A program made the translations under genes and the position numbers. Below are positions 53,212 through 64,000 of a stretch of DNA of 64,000 nucleotides, in pieces (the stretch's first letter is position 1; the number at the start of each line of letters is the position of its first letter). This stretch comes from Octopus sinensis (Eukaryota): assembly GCF_006345805.1 (NCBI RefSeq), contig NC_042997.1:125736001-125800000 (forward strand), given 5' to 3'. Below the pieces are notes generated by a model. It made no database searches. It was given only the letters and a program-made list of their open reading frames with translations, and had not been told where the DNA came from.

Positions 53212-54384
53212 CCATGTTGAGGCATCACTTGGTTGTAAATAGGCATCATTATCATCATCATACAGTTAGATTCTTCATTTCCAATCTTTTGTGAAAAGCA
53301 TGTCTGACCATCGGAAAAATATTACCTTAAATGGAAACAGGTGCAGGTTGGTCACAGAACAGGAATATGGCTGTAGAAAATTTGCCTCAACAGATTCCAG
53401 CTGACACATGCAAGCTTAGAAAAGTGGACATAAATAATGATGATGATGAATAAAAGATGGAATGGTCAAGCATGACCCTAGGTATGCTATATGAAGAGTG
53501 ACTTGGAACTAAGCAACAACACATATAGTGCCAACCAGCAGCATATCAGGAACAGGACCACAAGGGTAGTTGTCCTGTGTTCAAAATTTTTAGGGGTGCA
53601 AAACTTCAGAAGAAAAAGCTATAAAATAGCAATAATAAATAAAAAATATAGCACACTCTGCCGTCAGTACCTGCTTTGCCCTGAGGCCTGACAACCCACT
53701 CTGTGCCACTGGTGCCTACAACATAGTTAGTCAGCCTGCTAGAAAAAGTAAGTATATGTCTTTCAAATCTTACTCTCTCACCTTAAAATAAAAAGCAAAT
53801 GACATATTCTTTTCTACTTTAGGCACGAGGCTCAAAATTTTGTGGGAGGGGGGCCAGTCAATTAGACTGACCCCTGTATGCAACTGGTACTTAATTTATC
53901 AACTCTGAAAGGATGAAAGGCAAAGTCAACCTTGGTGGAATTTGAACTCAGAACGTAAAGATAGATAGAATAAAAGCAAATGACATATTGAGTAATATAG
54001 TCCTTTATACAGCAAGTCAGCATAAAGGACAGGATAGTCATGGTTAGAATATTTCAATCATAGGTATACTGGATCAGAACTGGCCTAGAGCTAAACAACA
54101 ACAACAGCATTACCATCAATACCATGCCACCAACAGCAGCACACCTTTTATTTCAATCATTAGACTGTGGCCATGCTGGAGCATGGCCTCGAAGAATTTT
54201 AATTAAATGAATCGACCCCAATACTTATTTTTAAAGCCTGGTACTTATTCTATCAGTCTCCCTTGCTGAACTGTAAAGTTATAGGGATGTAAACACAGCA
54301 ACACTGGTTGTCAAGCAGTGGTGAGGGATAAACACACACACACACATAATTGTGTATGTATATATATATATATATAATCATCAT

Positions 54385-54700
54385 CATCATCGTTTAACGT
54401 CCACTTTCCATGCTGGCATGGGTTGGATGGTTTGACTAAGGACTTGCAAGCCAAGAGGCTGCACCAGGCTCCAATCTGATATGGCAAGGTATCTACAGAT
54501 GGATGCCCTTCCTAACACCAACCACTCTGAGAGTGTAGTGGGTACTTTTATGTGCCACCGGCGTGGATACCAATCAGGCGGTACTGGCATCAGCCACAAC
54601 AGTGACTTCTCTTGACTCAACAGGTCTTTGCGAGCACAGTTTATTGCCCAATGATTGAAGGGTACTCTTAAATGGGCCAGTTATGCTACACTGGCATAGG
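54385..54700 (-). mobile_element. 3' UTR fragment of the GAT-tailed LINE family
   Basis: (CAT)n-CGTTTAACGTCCACTTTCCATGCTGGCATGGGTTGG...GGATGCCCTTCCTAA. Confidence 0.75.
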
Positions 54701-55640
54701 TCACAGCTATGATCTCACACATGCATACATATATATATATATATATGAGCGTCCAATAACACTATACTTGTTCCACGTCCTCGCGTTGTTGTGTTTTCAT
54801 GTTTGGATTACATACATGCATGCATGCATACATACATACATACCTACATATATACACACACATATATACGACGGGCTTCTTTCAGTTTCCATCTACCAAA
54901 TCCACTCACAAGGCTTTGGTCGGCCCGAGGCTATAGTAGAAGACATTTGCTCAAGGTGCCACGCAGTGGGACTGAACCCGGAACCATGTGGTTGGTAAGC
55001 AAGCTACTTACATACATATATTTATATATAACTTATGATGGAAGTAAACAAAGTTTGCTTTAGAAGCATTGAGATGTATTGAAAGATACAGAAATAATTT
55101 ATTCTCAAATGCATGATAATACTAATAAAATTGCATGAACAGGATAAAGTATCCATATATTGCAGAAAAATACATTACCGGCCAGATGGCTGGCTGGCTG
55201 GCTGGTAACGTATTTTTCTGCAATATATGGATAGTTTAACCAGTTCGCGCTATTTTATTAGCATTATCACGCGTTTAAGAATAAATTATTTATGTAGCTT
55301 TGAATATATATATGTATATATATATATGTTAAGGATAATTTCAGATAGGCTCGATAATTTATTTATACATATATTCTGTCATAGAGTGATGCATATCAGT
55401 CTTTTAAATATTACCAATGTATCAGTCATTAAAATATTAAAACATATTAAAAATTCATGAATACACAAATACATAAAAATCTAATATACATATATAAATA
55501 TATGAGTGTAAATAGGTTAGAACAACTTTGTAAAAGTTATTAAGAATAAAAGTATGCCCTTACAAAAAGGTGAAGAAAGTAAAATCTTCCAAAGAGCAAT
55601 TAAGAGAACGTCATAGCATTGCGGTTGGAATATTTCAAAG

Positions 55641-56030
55641 ATCATCATCATCATCATCGTTTAACGTCCGTTTTCCATGCTAGCATGGGTTGGACAGTTC
55701 GACCGGGGTCTGGGAAGCCAAGAAGCTGCACCAGGCTCCAGTCTGATCTGGCAGTGTTTCTACAGCTGGATGCCCTTTCTAATGCCAACCACTCCGTGAG
55801 TGTAGTGGGTGCTTTTTACGTACCACTGGCATAGGTGCCAGGGGAGCCTGGCAGCGGCCACATCAGTTGGTGCTTTTTACGTGCCACCAGCACGGAAGCC
55901 AGTCAAGGTGATGCTGGCATCAGCCACATTCGGATGGTGCTTTTTACGTGCCACCAGCACAGGTATCACAACTACAATTTCCATTTGATTTTTATTTTGA
56001 CTCAATAGGTTTCCTCAAGCACAGCAGGTC
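55641..56030 (-). mobile_element. 3' UTR fragment of the GAT-tailed LINE family
   Basis: (CAT)n-CGTTTAACGTCCGTTTTCCATGCTAGCATGGGTTGG... and GTGCTTTTTACGTGCCACC repeats. Confidence 0.75.
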
Positions 56031-56372
56031 ATATGTAAATAATCTGAGAGAATAAGTAATGTTGTTAAGGTAAAATGTTGATGGAAATCCTCTTACAGTT
56101 GTTTCAGGGGTACAGTAATCCATAGATTTAAGGGTGTTTTCATTCCGAAAATTGGCTACTACTTCCTTCATCAGAGAGTTTCTTATTCAGGATTTCACCT
56201 ATATATATATAGAGAGAGAGACAGAGAGAAGTTATGAGAGGTAATGGTGTCAGTGAGACCCAAAGGTGTCAGGTAATGCTGAATAAGTGCTATGAATACA
56301 CCATAGTTAAGTTCCAGGTTCAGTGATTATGCGAATAAGGGGTCCAACTTTGGTCATATATCAGCGTGTGTA

Positions 56373-56789
56373 TATAAAATTTTTTTTTCCGTGGTGAGAT
56401 ATAAAACCAAGGCTGTGTTGATTTTAGAACATTTATAAATAGAAGGTCTTACAGCTCTTTCTAGGATATTTATTATATCCCTTCATTGGAGACGGTTTGA
56501 GAAGATGGTTAAGCAATAGTTAATTTAGATAAGATACGAAATAGAGAGTGAGGTGGAGGAATGAAAATAGATGTGAGATATGCAGAGATATTGTATTTTC
56601 ATTCCTCCACCTCACTCTCTATTTCGTATCTTATCTAAATTAACTATTGCTTAACCATCTTCTCAAACCGTCTCTGATGAAGGGATATAATAAATATCCT
56701 AGAAACAGCTGTAAGATCTTCTATTTATAAATGTTCTAAAATCTACACAGCCTTGGTTTTTTATCTCATTACGGAAAAAAAATTTTATA
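56373..56789. repeat. Fold-back (about 197-bp arms) containing hammerhead motif
   Basis: Arms 56373-56569 and 56594-56789; single-arm relative at about 45945-46180. Confidence 0.9.
56671..56716 (+). ncRNA. Minimal type I hammerhead ribozyme motif (Penelope-associated type)
   Basis: TCT | CTGATGA | A-GGGATAT-aataa-ATATCCT-A | GAAA | CAGCTG | TA | AGA: helix I TCT/AGA, intact core, 7-bp helix II, palindromic helix III, GUA cleavage triplet. A.A rather than R-Y at the base of helix II. Confidence 0.65.
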
Positions 56790-58337
56790 CATATATTTAT
56801 ATATATATACATATATATAGACAGGCTTCTTTCAGTTTCTGTTTACCAAATCCATTCACAAGGCTTTGGTCAGTCCAAAGCTATAATGACAATAATAAAA
56901 GACACTTGCCCAAGGTGCTGCGAAGTGGTTGGGAATAAGACTTCTTACCACCAGCCACCCAAAAACAACAACAGCACAAGCAACGCTCCATACTACCAAC
57001 AACATCACAACAAAAGGGAAAACAACACCAAAGAGCAATCGTTCTTAGCTTTTTTGTTTTTTGTTTATGGAACACTTTCATTCCTATTTTGTTCAATTGG
57101 ACCCTCACAGCCATTTGATGTACATAAAAAAAAACCCTGCTGTGTTTTTATAATTAAATAATATCAGGAATTCTTTTATTCTTTTACTCGTTTAAGTCAT
57201 TTGACTGTGGCCATGCTGAAGCACCACATTATTTTTTATAAGTCTGGTTCTTATTCTATCGGTCCCTTCTGCCGCTGTTAAGTTACGGTGATGTAAACAC
57301 AACATCAGTTGTCAAATGATGGGGTGGGGAACAAATACAGACACAAAGACACACACATTAATATACACATATATATATATATATATACAATGGGCTTCTT
57401 TTAGTTTCCTTCTACCACACTCACAAGGCTTTGGTCAGCCTGAGGCTGTAGTAGACAATACTAACCCAAGGTGCCAAAAAAATTTTAATATTTGATGTAG
57501 CTTGCTTACCAACCATATGGTTCTGGGTTCAGTCCCACTGCATGGCACCTTGAGCAAGTGTCTTCTACTATAGCCTTGGGCCGACCAAAGCCTTGTGAGT
57601 GGATTTGGTAAACGGAACCTGAAAGAAGCCTGTCATATGTGTGTGTGTGTTTGTTTGTTCATGTATCTGTGTTTGTTCCCTCACCATCACTTGACAACTT
57701 GGTGTGTTTACTTCCCCGTAACTTAGCAGTTCAGTACAAGAAACCAATAGAATAAGTACTAGGCTTACAAAGAATAAGTCCTGGGATCGATTTGTTTGAC
57801 TAAAAGCAGTGCTCCAGCATAGCTGCAGTCAAATAAATGAAGCATATAAAGGAATATTATAGAAGTACAACCAATTTATTGCAGATAAATTTTAGCAAAA
57901 AATCTTATCTGGATTCTCAAGGGTTGCATGGATCCTGGTTGCAAAACGCTGCATAGAGGAAGCTTCTATGTGGTTGCATGATCTTCCTGAAATAACAGCA
58001 TAAAAGATGGTATCGTCAAGGCTGAAATAGGACTGCTGACCTGGGACTAAACAGTAACAATGAAATACTACACCTCCAAGAACAACATCACACCACACTT
58101 CCAACAACAGCAACAGCAGCAACAATAACAATACAATAATTGCCTTAAGCTATTGACAACACCTCTTTAGAACCAAACATGCCACAGCTGTTACAACCAT
58201 CATCATCACCCTGTAACACCACTACCACTAGTAGCAGCGCTACCACCACCTCCACCACTACTACCAGTAGCACCCTAACCAATGCTACTACTACTACTAC
58301 TACTACTACTACTGCTACTACTACCACCACCACCACC

Positions 58338-58387
<50 letters not shown>

Positions 58388-59570
58388 AAGCATCATAAGG
58401 CAGCGAGCTGGCAGAAACGTTTGCACACCGGGCAAAATACATTTATGAGTTCAAATTCCTCCGAGGTCGACTTTGCCTTTCATCCTTTCGGGGTTGATAA
58501 ATTAAGTACCAATTATGCACTGGGTTCAATGTAATCGACTTAATCCCTTTGTCTGTCTTTGTTTGTCCCCTCTATGTTTAGCTCCTTGTGGGTAGTAAAG
58601 AAATAAGAAGAAGCATCACCACCATCACCAGTAGCACCATAAAAAAAAACACCACCATTGCCAGTACTACCACCACCACCACCATCATCACCAACACCTA
58701 CACCACTACAATCACCACCACCACTACCAGTGTCACCACCATCACCACCACCAACAACACCAAAAACTAACAGCACTACCACCACCACTACTACTATCAG
58801 TAGCATCACCAAAACCAGCACAGCACCACCTCCACCACCACCCCAACAGCACCACTGACAGTATTATCAAAAACATCAGTACCATGAGCCAGCCATGTGG
58901 CCAGGTTTGGTATATATATATATATATATATATATTTGGTATACATATCTGTTCCCAGTAATATGTAGGTGTAAATAGTAACTAAATATCCTTACTGGTG
59001 TATTATTACAGTCTAGTAACTAACTTTCACTCCTCTAAAAATTTCTGGCCTTGTGCCTTTGTAAGAAAATTTTTTTTCCTTATACACGTACACACACACA
59101 CACACAGAGAAAGAAAAACAGATACCCTGAGAGAGAGTGAGAGAGAGATATTTATATCTACAATTATATGTTTTTACCCAGTAAATTTTTACAAAAAAAT
59201 ACAATGTTATCTATCTATCATCTATCTATCTATCTACCTCTCTATCTATCTATATATCTATTTATTTATCTGTCTATCTTATTTCTTTATTACCCACAAG
59301 AGGCTAAACATAGAGGGGACAAACAAGGACAGACAAAGGGATTAAGTCGATTACATCAACCCCAGCACGTAACTGGTACTTAATTTATCTACCCCGAAGG
59401 ATGAAAAGCAAAGTCGACCTCAGCGGAATTTGAACTCAGAACATAAAGACAGACGAAATACTACTAAGCATTTCACCCAGCGTGCTAACGATTCTGCCAG
59501 CTTGATCTATCTATCTGCATACATGTATATATGGGTGTGTCTGTGTGTGTATGTATATATATGTATGTAT

Positions 59571-59601
<31 letters not shown>

Positions 59602-59814
59602 AATAAAAAATAAAATAAGCAACAAGGATATCCAAAGGCAATGCAGATAATGATGCATTACCTCCGGATATCCTTGTTGCATATTTTGATTTTAATTACC
59701 TTACTTTGAAATTGTATGGATAATACCGTACTAAATTCTGGTGCCTCAACTTAAGTACCATATTCATCTGAATCTAAATTTTTGCTGAACTCATCTACCA
59801 TACCCAAAGTATAT

Positions 59815-60607
59815 ATACCACACTCCAGGGGAAGAAACTAGAAGTAGTTGATAGTTTCCACTACCTAGGTGACCAAGTTAGTAATGGAGGTGGAAACTCA
59901 GAGAGTGTCACCACTAGAATACGAATAGCCTGGGCAAAGTTTAGAAAGCTTACACCCCTACTGGTGACAAAGGGTCTCTCACTCAGAGTGAAAGGTAGAT
60001 TGTACGACGCATGTGTGCGAACTGTGATGCTTCACTGTAGTAAAACATGGGCTGTGACTGCAGAGGACATGAGTAGGTTTGAAAGAAATGAAGCTAGCAT
60101 GATCTGCTGGATGTGTAATGTCAGTGTGCACACACTGCAAAAACCTGACAAATAATGTGAGTTCATGGCTGTTTCCTGCACCAGTTTCGCATAGCCCCAG
60201 CCTATCCAAAGTACCTTGGATTGCAGAACGACCTGCTTTGCTTACCTTGGATCGTAGGGTGACCTGCTGTGCTTGAGGAGACCTATTGAGTCAAATACAT
60301 CAACATCAAAATAAATATCAAATGGAAATTGTAGTTGTGATACCTGTGCCGGTGGCACGTAAAAAGCACCATTTGAATGTGGCCAATCCCAGTGCTGCCT
60401 TGTCTGGCTTCTGTGCCAGTGGCACGTAAAAAGCACCCACTACACTCACGGAGTGGTTGGTGTTAGGAAGGGCATCCAGCTGTAGAAACACTGCCAGACC
60501 ATACTGGAGCCTGGCACAACCTCCTGGCTTCCCAGACTCCAGTCTAACCATCCAACCCATGCTAGCATGGAAAACGGATGTTAAACGATGATGATGATGA
60601 TGATGAT
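59815..60607 (+). mobile_element. RTE-like LINE 3' fragment (GAT-tailed family), internally deleted
   Basis: KLEVVDSFHYLG, KGLSLRVKGRLYDACVRT; same 3' UTR and (GAT)n tail as 3546-4775. Confidence 0.8.
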
Positions 60608-60609
60608 AT

Positions 60610-60610
<1 letters not shown>

Positions 60611-60645
<35 letters not shown>

Positions 60646-62345
60646 GTTTAACGTCCGCTTTCCGCGCTAGCACGGGTTGGACGGTTTGACCGGGTCTGGG
60701 AAGCCAGGGGCCGCTCCAGGCACCAGTCTGAATCTGGCAGAGTTTCTACGGCTGGATGCCCTTCCTAACGCCAACCACTCCGTGAGTGGATTGGGTGCTT
60801 TTTACGTGCCACCTGCACAGGGGCCGGAGGGTCCGGCATCGTCACGATCGGATTCGAGCATTTTAACGTGTCAGCGGCACGGGGGCAACGAGGTCCGGGG
60901 TACTTTGGGGATTGGGGTATTTTGGGGATCCAGGGTACTTTGGGGATCCGGGGTACTTTGGGGATCCGGGGTACTTAGAATGGGTAGGGGGGTACTAGAA
61001 TGGGTAGGGGGTATGTGGAATTGCTGCAGAAAGCAGCCCGGGTCTTTGTAGTCACAGCATATCTCCAGAGATCTCGGTCCTTCGCCATTGTCTCAGTGAG
61101 GCCCAATGCTCTGAGGTCATGCTTGACCACCTCATCCCATGTCTTCCTGGGTCTACCTCTCCCCCTGATACCTTCAATGTTTGGAGTGGCACTTCTTCAC
61201 ACATCTCTCTTCATCCATCCGCAGCACATGACCATACCATCGCAAGCGTCGCTCTTGCACACCACATCTGATGCTTCTTATATCCAGCATTCTCTCAGGA
61301 TACTTACACTCTGTTTTGTGTGTACACTGACACTACACATCCAGCGGATCATGCTAGCTTCATTTCTTTCAAGTCTACGCATGTCTTCTGCAGTCACAGC
61401 CCATGTTTCATTACCGTGAAGCATGGCAGTTCGCACACATGCATCATATAATCTACCTTTTGCTCTGAGGGAGAGGCCTTTTGTTGCCAGTAGGGGTAGG
61501 AGCTTTCTGAACTTTGCCCAGGCTATTCGTATTCTAGTGGTGATACTCTCTGTGCATCCACCTCCGCTACTAACTTGGTCTCCCAGGTAGCGGAAACTAT
61601 CAACTACTTCTAGTTTCTCTCCCTGGAGTGTGATGGAATCTGTTTTCTGAGTGTCTGTTGTGTCTATTGTCCCTGTGCATCTGCCGCACATGAAAGCTAT
61701 CTTATCTGTTAATTTCCCTTTAATGTTGCTGCACCTCTTATGTGTCCATAACTTACATTGGGTGCATCTTATGGAGTTTCTACCTGTACCTTTCCTACAG
61801 GTTGAGCAGGGCCACCTACCCAAGGGGATGTGTGTGAGTACCTCTTGCTGCTTACTAATACTTTGGTCTTTGCCACATTTATTCTAAGGCCCTTTGATTC
61901 CAAACCTTGCTTCCATACCCGAAATTTCTCTTCTAGTTCCGGTAGTGATTCTGCTATGAGAGCTAGGTCATCGGCATAGAGGAGCTCCCAGGGGCATCCC
62001 GTTTGAATTCCTCTGTTATTGCTTGAAGTACTATGATGAACAAAAGGGGACTGAGGGCTGAGCCCTGGTGCACACCTACTTCTACTCGGAATTTTTCACT
62101 ATATTCGTTGCCAATCCTAACCTTGCTAACAGCCTCTCTGTATAGAGCCTGTACAGCCCTTATTAGCCATTCTTCAATCTCCAGTTTCCGCATCGACCAC
62201 CAGATAAGGAACGGGGAACCCTGTCAAGGCTTTCTCCAAGTCTACAAAAGCTATGTAGAGGGGTTTATCTTTAGCTAGGTACTTCTCCTGCAGTTGTCGG
62301 ACCAGGAATATAGCATCAGTGGTGCTTCTACCTGGTACAAAACCG
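60611..62345 (-). mobile_element. RTE-like LINE (GAT-tailed family), RT region with embedded PHD finger, 5'-truncated
   Basis: QFGFVPGRSTTDAIF, FVDLEKA, GVHQGSALSPLLF, LLYADD, then C6-C9-C20-C23-H28-C31-C46-C49 pattern in ORF 61278-61823, then YLG thumb region; (CAT)n tail at 60611. Confidence 0.9.
60897..61011 (+). repeat. G-rich 18-bp minisatellite (GGGGTACTTTGGGGATCC)n inside LINE 3' UTR
   Basis: About 4.5 units followed by two AGAATGGGTAGGGGG units. Confidence 0.85.
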
Positions 62346-62500
62346 AACTGCATTTCATATATATATATAATATTTATAGGGAGAGAGAGAGAGAGACATA
62401 CATGCAAGTGTTCAAAGTATGAAGTTAATTTTGTTATCTGTGTTCCAACAATGGAGCTTTGTATCTTCATTAACAACTAGCTCCCTCCTTACAAGAAGAG

Positions 62501-62535
<35 letters not shown>

Positions 62536-64000
62536 TCACACACAAAAGTACAAGCATGTTAGTATTGTTACTTGTCAGATGATGAGTAATTTTGAATGTA
62601 GACTTTTGCCAACATTGGTAAAATTAATGAAATTTGATATACATACAATAATTATAATTAACTTTTATCAAATTTCTTGAGGCTTATACAAAATGATGAA
62701 ATGTATACTAATTTTCAAAAGTAAAATATTTATTACCTTAAAATAAAATTAAACAAATTTCTCATTTGTATATTTGCATTAAATACAGATTATTTTTCTG
62801 AATTTTATCAATACAATCACAGTCTACTCAATCAAAAACCTATCTCTGCAAAATATGAACTCCTTCCATAACTACCCTGTTATTTGCTCCTCCTACTATT
62901 ACTCCATCTACTGTTCCTACTCCTCCTTCTTCTCATTCTCTTCCTCCTTCTCATTCTCTTCCTCCTTCTCATCCTTCTCCTTCACTACTTCCTCCTTCTC
63001 ATTCTCCTCTTCTTTCTCCTTTTTCTCCTCCTCTTCCTGAATATTCTCCTCCTTTACCTCCTCCTTCTTCTGCTTCTCCTCTTTCTCTTCCTTCATTTTC
63101 TCCTCCTCTGTGTTTTTGAGTGTGTGTGTGTGTTTGTATGTAATTTTCCATTACTTATTGCCTATCACCAAGCTTAGTATGTGCTCTCATCATGCTTCTC
63201 TTACATTAACTCTCTCTGTATATGTCTTTTACTCTTTCTCTCCTCCCCCCCTTTCTCTATAAAGCATTTAACATAATTAATACAATGACTGAATCTAACC
63301 ATGTCATAAAATATGAAAATTTGCAAACTCTGGAAGTGCTCTCTTATAAAATAAATAATAATACAGATAGTTACTCTGCTGAAAATATTTTACCTACATT
63401 GAGTTAAATAAGAAAAAATGAAAGAAAGAGAAACATTACCTGGTTAAACCTCTGTTCTTGGTGCAGGTAAAAACTCTGGCATCAAAAGTATTCCTTAGAA
63501 TAGTTAGGGAAAACTTCCCCCTACAATACAATCCGCCAGATCTTTAGTATTAACTCAGTAATCCTCTGTTCTCGGTACAGGTAAAAACTCCAGTATCAAA
63601 AATATTCTTTAGAATCATTAGGCGTAAGAGTTGTTGTGTGGTAAGTAGCTTGCTTACCAACCACATGGTTCTGGATTCAGTCCCACTGTGTGACACCTTG
63701 AGCAAGTGTCTTCTACTATAGCCTTGGGCTGACCAAAGCCTTGTGAGTAGATTTGGTAGACGGAAACTAAAAGAAGTCCATCGTATGTGTGTGTGTGTGT
63801 GTGTGTGTGTTTGTGTATGTGTGTGTGTATGTGTATGTTTGCGTGTCTGTGTTTGTTCCCCCAACATTGCTTGACAACTGATGCTGATGTGTTTACGTCC
63901 CCGTAACTTAGCGGTTCAGCAAAAGAGACTGATAGAATAAGTACTAGGCTTACAAAGAATAAGTCCTGGAGTCGATTTGCTCGACTAAAGGCAGTGCTCC

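Noticed and set aside
63447-63623. About 62-bp direct repeat pair with an NF-kB-like site between
   Set aside because: Short local duplication; site deviates from the 10-bp consensus and has no supporting context.

Overview
Eukaryotic, AT-rich, microsatellite-saturated genomic DNA. The SINE, LINE and Penelope repertoire points to a coleoid cephalopod, probably Octopus (inference from repeat recognition, not a database search). Only one host coding exon is recognisable: the PB1-domain first coding exon of sequestosome-1/p62 (43222-43396, +), followed by an intron of more than 20 kb whose next exon I could not find in the window. Everything else is mobile DNA and simple repeats: a Ty3/Gypsy remnant interrupted by a SINE that is itself interrupted by a near full-length RTE LINE, further RTE/CR1/Tx1-like/Penelope fragments, Tc1/mariner fragments, hAT-type MITEs with 8-bp TSDs, Helitrons and two abundant tRNA-derived SINE families. 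Most entries in the ORF track are microsatellite artefacts. Three things stand out. (1) A compact stress-type promoter (7-unit heat-shock element, ETS, TGACGTGG, TATA, NRF1-like palindrome, splice donor) lies about 12.8 kb upstream of the p62 ATG with no other recognisable gene in between. (2) Several Penelope-type minimal hammerhead ribozyme motifs occur, the two best preserved on the sense strand of the p62 intron inside long fold-back elements. (3) A C4HC3 PHD finger is embedded in the reverse transcriptase ORF of one LINE family.
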